Positions 50,667 through 62,723 of a stretch of DNA of 64,000 bases are shown piece by piece (positions within the stretch are counted from its first letter, which is position 1; every line of letters begins with the position of its first letter). Below the pieces are notes generated by a model, which was not told the DNA's origin, did no database searches, and saw nothing but the letters and a program-made list of their open reading frames with translations. Source of the stretch: Podarcis liolepis (taxonomy: Eukaryota). The stretch is taken from assembly GCA_965112155.1 (NCBI GenBank), contig OZ218110.1. One strand, 5' to 3'. Both the position numbers and the translations under genes were made by a program.

Positions 50667-50760
50667 TCTCTTGCACAGTAATACACACCCGTGTCCTCGG
50701 GTTTAAGGCTGTTCATTTACGAATAGAGGAGGCTGTTGGAATTGTCCCTGGAGATGGTGA
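50667..50760 (-). pseudogene. IGHV: IGHV relic VH17: FR3 3' half plus RSS only
   Basis: [13 protein letters not shown]...YYCARD. Heptamer 50660-50666, nonamer ACAAAAGCC 50628-50636. Fused at 50761 to VH 3'-flank sequence. Confidence 0.9.
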
Positions 50761-51035
50761 TGGGCGAGATAAAGGAACTGACAAATTCATAATAATAACA
50801 CTAAAAAATGATTATAGTTTGCCTAGGGAGAGCCCCAGGTGTACAGCTGCATAACTAGCTGGCTGTCTCCGTTTGAATGGGCAGACAGTGAAAATTATCT
50901 TAACAGGTTTCTTTGGTCTCTGACAGCTAATAGAATGTCCCTATTTTCATTTGAAATGATGGAGGGAATGCAAATCCTCTGTTTTGATTAAAGGAGGGTT
51001 TTTGTCTGGCTTCAGGTTCACTTCCTCTCCCTGTG

Positions 51036-51229
51036 CCTCTTGCACAGTAATACACAGCCGTGTCTTCGGGTTTAAGGCTGTTCATTTGCAGATAGAGGAG
51101 GCTGTTGGAATTGTCCCTGGAGGTGGTGAATCTTCCCTTCACTTTAACCAAGTAGTAAATTGTACCTGAACTGGAGCTTATGTTGCCCACCCATTCCAGG
51201 CCATTCCCTGGAACCTGTCTCACCCAGTG
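51036..51229 (-). pseudogene. IGHV: IGHV relic VH18: FR2-CDR2-FR3, broken at CDR1
   Basis: [26 protein letters not shown]...YYCARG. Heptamer CACAGGG 51029-51035, nonamer 50997-51005. No FR1 or leader. Confidence 0.9.
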
Positions 51230-51255
51230 AAATGCTGTTAATAAATAGAATAAAT

Positions 51256-52092
51256 TCCATTCCCTCCAACATTCCACATGAAAACAGGGAAATTATATCA
51301 GCTGCCAGAGACCACAGAAACCTGTTAAGATAATTTTCACCGATAGTCTGCCACCTCATTTCCCCTGGTCCCCATTCACACGGAGACAGCCAGCTAGTCA
51401 TTCTGCTGTACACCTGGGGCTCTCGCTGGGCAAATTATAATAATTTATTAGTGTTATTATTATGAATTTGTCAGTTCCTTTATCTTGCCCAGGACAATCC
51501 AATGAGACTTACAACCAAAGGGACAAAATACCCCTTATAGATATGGTAAAACCAAGAGGAAAAAGAAAGACATTAAAAACACCTCACCCACTTCTAAGAG
51601 ACCATGGATAGTTAAAGGGCAAAGACCTGGTTATAGAGGAAAGGTTTTGCGTGGTGCCTGTGGGTGTATAATGATGGTTCCAGGCGATTCTCACTGGGGA
51701 GAGCATTCCACAAACAGGGAGCCATTGCAGAAAAGGCTCCTTCTCATTTTCTCACCCTCCAGACATCATGTGGAGGAGAAACATGAAAAAAGGGCCTCAA
51801 ATGATGATCTCATTGTCTGGATCAGTTCTATGAATTTTTAATTTATACCCAGGACCATCAAACATTCTGCAATGGGCACTACACACAAGCACCACAAACC
51901 ACACACCACAGCTTGTTCTTTGCCTACACTAAACAGCTTGTTTGAAGTTTTCATTGGGGAGAGAGGATACTGCAAGAAGTGTTCTCGCCCCCTCTGGTCG
52001 GCACAATTGTGGTCTGGCATTCCCCTGCGTGCCACAATCTGACTTGGGATTCCCTGACAGCACATGAAGGCTCTCAGTCAAACTTGCTGCCT
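51256..52092 (-). repeat. Inverted copy of the family-1 VH 3'-flank
   Basis: Reverse complement of ~49390-50600 (without the LTR) and of 59305-59728. Confidence 0.88.
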
Positions 52093-52756
52093 TGACTGTG
52101 GTATGAATGCATGCACATAAACACCATTCCCATGAAATTTAATTAATTTATTCATTCATAGCATTTTATTCCAGATTTTCCCTCGAAGAATTCAAAGTGC
52201 TATATATGACATCCCCCTCCTCATATATTCCTCACATCACTCCAGTAAAGTAGCTTAGGCTGAGAGGATGTGACTGGCCCAAGGTCATCTAGTGAGCTTC
52301 ATGGACAAGTAGGGATTTGAACCCAGGTTTCCCATGTCCTATGTGCTGCAGAGGAGGTTTCACCATTTCTGAAAGTCCACATTCCTTCTTGAGGTGTATC
52401 CCCAGCAACCTTAAGCATAACTCAGAGGTGTGAACAGACAAAACACAAATGATCATGTATTTACAAAACTGCATGTTGATTTTAGGTGGTAGAAATAATG
52501 CTGCAGCAAAGTCTTTTTGTACAGTGCTGTACTGATCCACATTGGTCTACTTCCATTGTGTGTCACTTCTGTAGGTTTCCATCAGTATAATCATTTCTGG
52601 ATTAAGTTACAGATTGAAGAGGAAGGCAGTTTGGATGTTGTTCCGCATCATCTGTGGAATGTAGAATTGCTCTGTCACAGTTTTCACAGTGTATTTGCTT
52701 ATAGAAGCAGGACTTCTACTTTTTGAACAGGGCCCAATAGGCTTTGTCTCACTGTG

Positions 52757-53204
52757 TCTCTTCGGGCACAGAAATACACAGCGGAGTCTGCAGCTGTCAA
52801 GGAGTTCAGCTGGAGGGAGAACTCATTCTTTGAGGCATCTGAAGAAATGCTTGTTCTGCTCTTCAGGGAAGGGGCATATGCTTTTCCTCCACTATAGGGG
52901 TATATCGTTGCAATCCATTCCAGACCTTTCCCAGGAGCTTGACGGATCCAACTCCACTCATAGTACTGAGTAGAGATGGAGAAACCTGTGACTTTACAAA
53001 GCAGGTTGAGATTCTCTCCTGGTCTCGCTATTCCTGGTCCAGATGATACAAGCTGAATGTCTGAGGAGACCCCTTGGAACGAGAAAAGATGGCAATGAAT
53101 GGTTGTTCATCATCTAATCGTCCCATGAACTAAATAAACATTGCAGAACTTCCCTTACCTTTAGAGAACACCACCAAAGAAAACAAGAGCAACAAGAGCT
53201 CCAT
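52757..53204 (-). CDS. IGHV: IGHV segment VH19 (family 2), open; not in the ORF track; CDR1 [13 protein letters not shown]2 IYPYSGGK
   Basis: Manual translation is open. Leader 53159-53204, V exon 52757-53072. Heptamer 52750-52756, nonamer TCAAAAAGT 52718-52726. ATGTAAAT 53324-53331. Confidence 0.94.
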
Positions 53205-53611
53205 AATATTGATGAATAAATGTGTGCTAGCGATACAGGAAAGAGGGGACTCTGGGCTGGGAAGCAAGTGAAGATTTTATATTAAGGGCATTCATCCAAA
53301 ACCACTCCCAACTTGCTGGTGGTATTTACATGAGACCTCCCCAGTGAGCACATGAGGCAGATAAAAGCCATTTTGGCATCAGGGTTTGCTGCTGGCTTCC
53401 TCTTTGTCCCCTGCACACACACAAACACACACACACTGGCAAATGCACACAGAGTGGAGTTCTAATGGAGGGGGCATAGATGGAATGCAAAATTCAATCA
53501 AAGATGTTGGTGTTGGAGCAAGGTTTGGAAGAGATTAATGTACTGGGAATGGATTTTTCTTTTATACTTTAAAACTGCTTGTTGTGGTGGAAAATGCAAA
53601 GGACTGGCATT

Positions 53612-53674
<63 letters not shown>

Positions 53675-55455
53675 TCTGCCTCCCTTCCCCATGCAACTTT
53701 AGAGATGATGCTGGTGTGATGCAACTATAATTTCAAATGTAGCTTGTGGAAATAATGTGCTGGGAGGGAGCTCTGCTATGGCAACCTGGAGAAGTGGAAT
53801 TTTAAGTAAATAAAAGAAAATGTAAGATATAGGTTCCATCTTTATATTCACACTCCAGTGCACCCTTCATTCACCACTGGAATGCCCACCACACTCCCAA
53901 ATGCAAAACCATTATTTATTATCTCCCCTCATGAAATTACATCAGGAGTCTTAAAAAATATTTTTTTAAATGCTTCCTCTGCAAGAAGGGAGATATTGGA
54001 AAGTTTCATTTGCATAAATATTTAGAATAGTACTATATACTTGAAAGGAGGCATTTTGCCTTCATAGGCAAAGGAAAGAGACAAAGTTGAGCCAATTCCA
54101 ACCACCCCTCTCCCTTTTGTTTGGTGAGGGGTTGACTGACAAGAAGTCATAAGCACACAAGGGTTGTGGCTCAGGATATAGCAGGAGCATGGATGTTGTC
54201 TGGGTGAAGTAAGAAGAAGTCCTCCTCACCAGCATTTGCCTTTGGACAGGGGTGGGGAAACTCATCCAAATGGTTTGGGAGTCCAACGCCTTTCATCCTA
54301 GGGGTAGCCATTTTGAAGTTCGAGAGATGATGATGATGGTCATGATGGTGATGATTAATGGGTAGAGATAATGATGATGAAGGGCGGCTTCTGTAGATCT
54401 GGGACGTTCTGCTTAAAGTAGGACAGTTGGAAGGTCTGCTGTACTACAAATATTTTGTTTACACATGCCCTCAATTTACAGGGCATCCATATTTACAGGG
54501 CATCCATAGAAAAGAAGCTTGTGCCATGGATTCCTTCCTCACAAACTGTTACCCATGGGCTGAAGCACAGAGATAATTGCTTGAAAGTTTCTCAGGGACT
54601 CAAAGTCTCAGGGGGCACATAGAAAGTTGGTTGACCAGGAAACATCTGAGAAAGTAATTGCTTCACAGATGAAATCACCAACCGTACTTCGAGCAGAATT
54701 TTATTTCAGTCCTGGCAGATGGGGCGTGTTCTCATCTTTGCACCATGACTGCCCCCTTGTGAGAAACAAGAGACGGAAGAGTTCTGCTTTTGTTTGTTTT
54801 ACCAAACTTCTCACCTGTGATGGAGCTTCATGCTCTGGAACCAGGGGGCGGAGAGCAGGCAGGAGAGGGCCTGGGTGCATCCCAGGGGAAAAGCGCGCTG
54901 CCTACAGGGGCATGGCACGTGTCCTGGGAGCGGGGTGTGCCACCTGCAGGGGCGTGGGGGGCAGCCATGATGGTACCCCACTGGTATCGCGCTGCCAGGG
55001 GCAGTGTGCTCCCCCCGCACACCTCTTCCTCCTCCAGTGCTTCTCACTGTAACCTCTGTCTACTAAACATCTCTATAACTTTCAATCTCACCAGATGCAT
55101 TTCTTTTGATTGTATAAATCCACTTGCAGAACGAGAGAGAGNNNNNNNNNNNNNNNNNNNNNNNNNNNNNNNNNNNNNNNNNNNNNNNNNNNNNNNNNNN
55201 NNNNNNNNNNNNNNNNNNNNNNNNNNNNNNNNNNNNNNNNNNNNNNNNNNNNNNNNNNNNNNNNNNNNNNNNNNNNNNNNNNNNNNNNNNNNNNNNNNNN
55301 NNNNNNNNNNNNNNNNNNNNNNNNNNNNNNNNNNNNNNNNNNNNNNNNNNNNNNNNNNNNNNNNNNNNNNNNNNNNNNNNNNNNNNNNNNNNNNNNNNNN
55401 NNNNNNNNNNNNNNNNNNNNNNNNNNNNNNNNNNNNNNNNNNNNNNNNNNNNNNN

Positions 55456-55695
55456 GTGGTACCTTGGGTTAAAGACACTTCAGGTTACAGACGCTTCAGG
55501 TTACAGACTCTGCTAACCCAGAAATAGTACCTCGGGTTAAGAGATTTGCTTCAGGATGAGAATAGAAACTGTGCAGTGGCGGTGTGGCGGCAGTGGGAGG
55601 CCCCATTGGCTAAAGTGGTACCTCAGGTTAAGAACAGTTTCAGGTTAGGAATGGACCGCCAGATCGAATTAAGTTCTTAACCCGAGGTACCAATG
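55456..55695. mobile_element. Tc1/mariner (Tigger-like) MITE, left end next to a gap
   Basis: TIR GTGGTACCTTGGGTTAA ... TTAACCCGAGGTACCA, with internal repeats of the TIR motif. Confidence 0.75.
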
Positions 55696-55932
55696 TCTAT
55701 TTAGAATGTTTGTGTATTTTGATAGGCGGCTCTCTGCATAAATAAAAGCCCTTGTTACACATGCATATCTGAATTGTCATATATGATTGCTTTGTAGGAA
55801 GACACTAAGATGTTTTAGGAGAAGCAGAGTCTTGTGTGGAGAGATGGTGTCACTACTCCAACATTTCTCCCAATGAATAAATATCCAAACCCAGAGGCCA
55901 TGAAAAATGCTTTACGACAACTAAATAAAGTA

Positions 55933-56537
55933 CCGTATTTTTCGCCCTATAGGACGCACTTTTTCCCCTCCAAAAATGAAGGGGAAAGGTGTGTGCGTCC
56001 TATGGGGCGAATGCAGGCTTTCGCTGAAGCCTGGAGAGCGGGAGGGGTCGGTGCGCACCGACCCCTCTCACTCTCCAGGCTTCAGGAGAGCCCCAGCGCC
56101 AGCCTCATAAGGTTGGGGGACAGAGGGAGACGGAACGCCGCCATCCCGCTGTCTCCCGAAGTGGTTTGGAGGCTGACGCGGGGAGACCCCGCCGCCAGCC
56201 CCGCAAGCTCCGGGGACAGTGGGGAGGCGCAGCGCTGTGGGGAGGCGCAGTCTCCCCTCTGTCCCCGGACCTGATTTGAAGGCGGGCGGCGGGGAGAAGA
56301 GTGCTTCTCCTCGCTGCCTGCCCCACAAGCTCCGGGGACAGCTGGGAAGTGCAGCGCGTCTTCCCGCTGTCCCCGGACCTGATCTCAAGGCGGGCGGTGG
56401 GGAGAAGAGCGCTTCTCCCCACTGCCGGCCCCACAAGCGCCTGGGGGGGGGGGAATAAACATTTTTTCCTTTATTTTCCCCCCAAAAAACTTGATGCGTC
56501 CTATGGGCCAGTGCGTCCTATGGGGCGAAAAATACGG
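55933..56537. mobile_element. Tc1/mariner (pogo/Tc2-like) MITE with GC-rich internal repeats
   Basis: TIR CCGTATTTTTCGCCCTATAGGACGCAC. TA TSD. Empty site AAGTATATGC at 14061. Confidence 0.92.
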
Positions 56538-56932
56538 TATATGCGCTACATAAAGAAAACATCATATGACCTCACCATAGGCAAATGCACACACGTGAGC
56601 CTTAAAAAGACCCTAACTTCCAAAAAGAAAAAAAAAATGAACATTGGGCATCATGTGTGTCATATGTAATTCATGTAAAAGAGGGAGAGAAGCAAGAATT
56701 GAACCATAGCTTGCTGCTTGAACCCATGTAAAATCCTGACCTAAAATATGTCTTGGGGCCACATTGACCTAAATAAGAAACAGTTGGGGAAGTGCTGACA
56801 CACCAAAGAGGACAAAAAAGAATCATTTGAACTACATGTTTCTTCAGTCTCTTGCAGCTGAATCAATTCAAAGGGCAGCTGTGGGCAAAGGAGGGTTTTT
56901 GCTTGGCTCCAGATTCACTTCCTCTCACTGTG

Positions 56933-57373
56933 TCTCTTGCACAGTAATACACAGCCATGTCTTCCAGTTTAAGGCTGTTCATTTGCAGATAGAGGAGGCT
57001 ATTAGAATTGTCCCTGGAGACGGTGAATCTCCCCTTCACTTTATCCAAGTAGGAAATGTAATTAGATTGGGGATATATGTAGGCCACCCATTCCAGGCCT
57101 TTCCCAGGAGCCTGTCTCACCCAGTTCATGTAAGCATTCCCAAAGTTGAACCCAGAGGCTTGGCAGGAGAGGCGGAGGGACTCCCCAGGCCTTTTCACAT
57201 CTCCCCCAGACTCAACCAGCTGGACCTCCGATTGGACACCTAGAAAGAAAGGCATATTGAGAGACCAGATCCATGTTATAAACATCCAGACTGTATCAGC
57301 TTTCTTCAACTGGAAAAATGAATTTACCTCCCCAAGCTGCTGAAAAGAAAACAAGTTGAAGGAAAACTATCAT
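56933..57373 (-). CDS. IGHV: IGHV segment VH20 (family 1, VH4-like), open; CDR1 [11 protein letters not shown]2 IYPQSNYI
   Basis: Leader 57328-57373, V exon 56933-57239. Heptamer 56926-56932, nonamer GCAAAAACC 56894-56902. ATGTAAAT 57469-57476. Confidence 0.96.
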
Positions 57374-57966
57374 TTTCCTGGTCTGAGAGAGATAAGCAAG
57401 AAGTGGTCACACATATGCAAGGGAAGGGAGGTTCTCTGACTGCTTTAAAGAGGAAGCTCTCTCTGAAGATTTACATACTCATTAGTATAAAAGCACCAAC
57501 AGAGACTCTGGGCAGTGAGGGACTAGAGTCATATCTGCACTTTGTCAGAAATCTCCTTCTTTGCTGCTGCACAGTTTGTACAGGTCTTTACAGTGATGAT
57601 TTTATGTAGAACTCTCAGGAAAAAAGAGCAACGCAGGTTTTCAGAAACTCCATCACTTTCAGCATGGCCAGTGCTTGTACCATCAAAGGTGGGGAACAAT
57701 TTCTTAGCATAACTGTGGAGAGGAATTGGACTGCAATGATATGGTCAAATGAAGTGGAAGAAAAATCTAGATTAACACTGTAGATCACAGCTCAGCAAAC
57801 AAATGAAATATCCGCGGAATGCTCTCTCTTAAAGGCCTTGAATAAAAAGATACATGAATAGCATAGGTATAAGAATCCTGTATTAATGTAGAATAGAAGA
57901 ACACATGACATAGCTCCTTGTTCTTGCTCTTCTCAAAGCATGGGGAATCCTGTCTCTGTAAGATGT

Positions 57967-58207
57967 CAAAATAAAAAAATTCCTTCCAGTAGCACCTTAA
58001 AGACCAACTAAGTTAGTTCTTGGTATGAGCTTTCGTGTGCATGCACACTTCTTCAGATACACTGAACTGGCAACTTCTGTTTCAGTGTATCTGAAGAAGT
58101 GTGCATGCACACGAAAGCTCATACCAAGAACTAACTTAGTTGGTCTTTAAGGTGCTACTGGAAGGAATTTTTTAATTTTGACTATGGCAGACGGCTACCT
58201 ATCTGTA
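57967..58207. mobile_element. Penelope-like pseudo-LTR insertion forming a ~100-bp-arm inverted repeat
   Basis: Arms ~57965-58066 and ~58080-58182 are near-perfect reverse complements. 12-bp TSD TCTGTAAGATGT (57955-57966, 58208-58219). Empty sites at ~15704 and ~39501. Confidence 0.85.
58087..58124 (+). ncRNA. Minimal type I hammerhead ribozyme motif (mirror copy on the minus strand at 58023-58060)
   Basis: GTAT-CTGAAGA-A-GTGTG CATG CACAC-GAAA-GCTC-ATAC: stem I GTAT/ATAC, core CUGANGA and GAAA, palindromic AGCU stem III. Confidence 0.7.
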
Positions 58208-58945
58208 TCTGTAAGATGTGAATGAGAAATACAAAAGCTTTGTTTACATTGGGGGGGGTATATGGGTGCATATGCACGTTCAGAAACATTCCCTGTTTGC
58301 ATGTCAAGGCATCCTCCCTTTGGTCCTCCCCAATACCAAGAATAACACAACAACCAATACTTGGGTGAAATCAGGCCACAACTTCATTGACAACAAAAGT
58401 TTGGCATAGGTATTTTGTATACCCCACCCCTTCCTGCAAAAAGAACTTGTATTTTGGGGACAAGAAGAAATGAGGGAGTCCCTGACCTGCATCAAGGGGT
58501 ATCTCCCCCACTGGATTGCACCTGGGGAGTGTTGTGGCACCTCACCCCTGTCTGGGCATCCGGACAGAAGCATCTCCCCATGATCCCTTTAACAGGATAC
58601 TCTGTTTCGAAGGCAGGGGCTACAACCGCCCCTCAGAACAAGACTATACCTACCCAATGCCTAAACTGTCAAAGTTGTGACAATTACAATGAGGATGGCA
58701 AAAAGCAGAGGGCTGAGTTGGAAAATTTCAACCTGGACCCCAACACGGTGATCGACTATGCTATAGCAAAGTGGAGCAGAACAACATGCAATAGCAATAT
58801 GTAAAGTGGGTGGGTGGGGATCCAATGAAATGTGGCTGCAGAACAAGCCATGGGTCTGTATTATATACTGGAGGAACGTCCTTTAACTTGGTTGCCCATG
58901 CTTGCTCCCGATTCACTTGATAAGGCAAGTGGACAGGGCAAATTA

Positions 58946-59303
58946 CCCATATATACTCGAGTATAAGCCGACCGAATATAAGCCGAGGAACCTAATTTTA
59001 CCACAAAAAACCGGGAAAACTTATTGACTCGAGTATAAGCTGCTTCACCACACCACAAACCTTTCCCTCCCAGCCCCTCCCGTTCCCCTGCCTACCTAGG
59101 GTGCTGCCGAGAGGTCAGAGGCTGGTGGCGACAGCGGCAGAGGAAGAACAAACAGCTCGAAATGGCTGTTATCAGGGTGCTAGTTCCTCCTCCACCACTG
59201 ATGACAGCTGCGGACAGGGACCCTCAATCGAGTATAAGCCGAGGGGGGTTTTTCAGCATAAAAAATATGCTGAAAAAGCCGACTTATACTCGAGTATATA
59301 CGG
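58946..59303. mobile_element. Tc1/mariner-type MITE
   Basis: TIR ...TATATACTCGAGTATAAG / CTTATACTCGAGTATATACGG. TA TSD. Empty site AAATTACTCAAG at ~16425. Confidence 0.9.
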
Positions 59304-60048
59304 TAGTCAAGCAACAAGTTTGGTAGAGCCTTCCTGTGAGGTCTGGGAATCCCAAGTCAGATCCTGGCACGCAGGGGAGTGCCTGCCCACAATGAGGTAC
59401 ACTGCAGAGGGCGAGCACACTTCTCACAGTATCCTCTCTCCCTAATAGAAATTTCAAAGAAGCTCTTTAGTGTAAGCAATAGAACAAGCTGTGGTGTGTG
59501 GCTGGTTGTGGTGCTTGTGTGTAGTGCCCATTGCAGAATGTTTGATGGTCCTTGGTGTAAATTAAAGATCCATAGAACTGATCCAGACACTGAAATCATC
59601 ATTTGAGGCCCTTTTTTCATGTTCCTCCTCCACATGATGTCTGGAGGGTGAGAAAATTAGAAGGAGCCTTTTCTGCAATGGCTCCCTGTTTGTGGAATGC
59701 TCTCTCCAGTGAGAATCGCCTGGAACCATAACTCAGAGATGTGACCAGACGAAACACAGATAATCATGTATTTACAAAACTGGATATTGATTTTGCAGCA
59801 AAGTCATTTTGTAAAGTGTTGTACCGATCCACATTTTTCTATTTCTATTGTGTGTTACTTCTGTAGGTTTCCATCAGTATAATCATTTCTGGATTAAGTT
59901 GCAGATTGAAGAGGCAGGCCGTTTGGATGTTGTTCCGCATCATCTGTGGAATGTAGAATTGCTCTGTCAAAACTTCCACAGTCTATTTGTTTATAGAACC
60001 AGGACTTCTTCTTTTTGAACAGGGCTCAATAGGCTTTGTCTCACTGTG

Positions 60049-60496
60049 TCTTCTCGGGCACAGAAATACACAGCGGAGTCTGCAGCTGTCAGGGAGTTCA
60101 GCTGGAGGGAGAACTCATTCTTTGAGGCATCTGAAGAAATGCTTGCTCGGCTCTTCAGAGAAGGGGCATATCTTGTTTCTCCATTATAGGGGTATATCCA
60201 TGCAATCCATTCCAGACCTTTCCCAGGAGCTTGACGGATCCAACTCCACCAATAGGACTGAGTAGAGATGGAGAAACCTGTGACTTTACAAAGCAGGTTG
60301 AGATTCTCTTCAGGTCTCACTATTCCTGGCCCAGATGATACAAGCTGAATGTCTGAGAAGACCCCTTGGGAAGAGAAAAGATGGCAATGAATGGTTGTTC
60401 GTCATCTAATGGCCCCATGAAGTAAATTAATATTGCAGAACTTCCCTTACCTTTAGAAAAAGCCACCAAGGGAAACAAGAGCAACAAGAGCTCCAT
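60049..60496 (-). CDS. IGHV: IGHV segment VH21 (family 2), open; CDR1 [13 protein letters not shown]2 IYPYNGET
   Basis: Leader 60451-60496, V exon 60049-60364. Heptamer 60042-60048, nonamer TCAAAAAGA 60010-60018. ATGTAAAT 60615-60622. Confidence 0.95.
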
Positions 60497-60897
60497 ATTG
60501 TTGATGAATGAATGTGCTGGAGATACAGGAAAGAGGGGACTCTGGGCTGGGAAGCAAGTGAAGATTTTATATTCTGGGCTTTTCATCCAAAACTACTCCC
60601 AATTTCCTGGTCACATTTACATGAGACCTCCCCATTGAGGCACATGAGGCAGATAAAAGCCGTTTGGGGAATCAGTGTTTGCTGCTGGCTTCCTCTTTGT
60701 CCCCTGCACACACACAAACAAACAGGGAAATGCACAAAGAATGGTGTTCTAATCGAGGGGGCATAGATGGAATGCAAAATTCAATCAAAGACGTTGGTGC
60801 TGGAGGAAGGTTTGGAAGAGATTAATGTACTGGGAATGGATTTTTATATATATACTTTAAAACTGCTGGTTGTGGTGGAAAGTTAACGGGGCTGGCA

Positions 60898-60929
<32 letters not shown>

Positions 60930-62273
60930 ATTATTATTTCATAGTCAATGGAAAGAGACAAAGTTGTGCCAATTCCACCCACCCCTCTCCTTTTTGCTTG
61001 GTGCAGGGTTGACTGACAAGAAGTCATAAGCCCACAAGGGTTGTGGCTCAGGATGTAGCAGGAGTGTGGAGGTTGTCTGGGTGAATTAAGAAGGAGTCCT
61101 CCTCACCAGCATTTGCCTTTGGACAGGGGTGGGGAACCCAATGCCATTCCAGTTATTGCAGATGGAATTTTCTGTTCTTCACACCATGGCTGCCCCCTTG
61201 TGGGCAGCAGGAAGAGGTGGAATATGGATCTTGGTTTCTGACGGGAAGTTTAATTTGCTAAATGGCATTTGGCATAGATTTGTGGTTGTAGCTTTTAGTG
61301 ACATTGGGAAGAGCAAAGCGGCACTGAACATGTAGTTGCATCAAAAACACATTTTAAGTATTAGATCTTGATTTTTAAGTTATTATTCTTTCAGTTAATT
61401 CACCTGTTAACATATCACAGAACACACCAGTGCCGAACATACCTGTCTAACCATGTTTTCCAAATGTGATTCTTCTCTTCCCCACAATGGAGAGGTAAGT
61501 GTGTGGACATGAGTAATCTGATCAGCTCCACCAACTTGACTGTGGTATGCATGCATGCATAAACACCATTCCCATGGAATTTATTCTATTTATTCATTGT
61601 ATTTAATCCCAGATTTTCCTTCGAAGAATTCAAGGTGCTATACATTATATCCCTCTCCTCATATCCTCACAACACTCCGATATCCCCCTCCTCATATATT
61701 CTTCACAACACTCCAATAAGGTAGCTTAGGCTGAGAGGCCGTGACTGACCCATGGTCATCTAGTGAGCTTCATGGACAAGTAGGGATTTGAACCCGGGTT
61801 TCCCAGGTTGTATGTGCTGCAGAGGAGGTTTCATGCCATTCCAAGGGATGATGGGATGATGAAGAAAGGCAGAATGGCAAATTCACAATTTTGTTAAAAG
61901 TCCACATTTCTACTTGAGGTCTATCGCAAGCAGCCTTAAACATAACTCATAGGTATGAGCAGACAAAACACAAATAACAAAAAAGGATATTGATTTTAGG
62001 TGGTAGGAGAAAATGTTGCAGCAAAGTCATTTTGTACAGCATTGTACTGATCCACATAAGTCTACTTCCATCGTGTATTCCTTCTGTAGGTTTTTTCATC
62101 GGTATAATCATTTCTGGATTAAGTTACAGATTGAAAAGACAGGCAGTTTGGATGTTGTTCCGCATCATCTGTGGAAAGTAGAATTGCTCTGTCAAAACTT
62201 TCACAGTGTATTTGTTTATAGAAGCAGAACTTCTACTTTTTGAACAGGGCCCAATAGGCTTTGTCTCACTGTG

Positions 62274-62723
62274 CTATCTCGGACACAGAAATACAAAGCG
62301 GAGTCTGCAGCTGTCAAGGAGTTCAGCTGGAGAGAGAATTCGTTCTTTGAGGCATCTGAAGAAATGGTTGCTCGGCTACTTAGAGAAGGGGCATATGCCT
62401 TTCCTCCATCATAGGGGTATATCCGTGTAATCCATTCTAGACCTTTCCCAGGAGCTTGACGGATCCAACTCCACCAAGAGTACTGAGTAGAGATGGAGAA
62501 ACCTGTGACTTTACAAAGCAGATTTAGATTCTCTCCTGGTCTCACTATTCCTGGCCCAGTTGATACAAGCTGAATGTCTGAGGAGAACCCTTGGAAAGAG
62601 AGAAAAGAGGGCAATGAATGATTGGACATCATCCAATCACCACATGAAGTAAATTAATACTGTAAAACTTCCCATACCTTTAGAAAAAGCCACCAAAGAA
62701 AACAAGAGCAACAAGAGCTCCAT
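62274..62723 (-). CDS. IGHV: IGHV segment VH22 (family 2), open; CDR1 [13 protein letters not shown]2 IYPYDGGK
   Basis: Leader 62678-62723, V exon 62274-62589 ending YFCVRD. Heptamer 62267-62273, nonamer TCAAAAAGT 62235-62243. ATGTAAAT 62839-62846. Confidence 0.95.

Noticed and set aside
54790-55527. Long ORFs crossing N runs (also 6046-6435 and 30165-30545)
   Set aside because: Open only because of assembly gaps.
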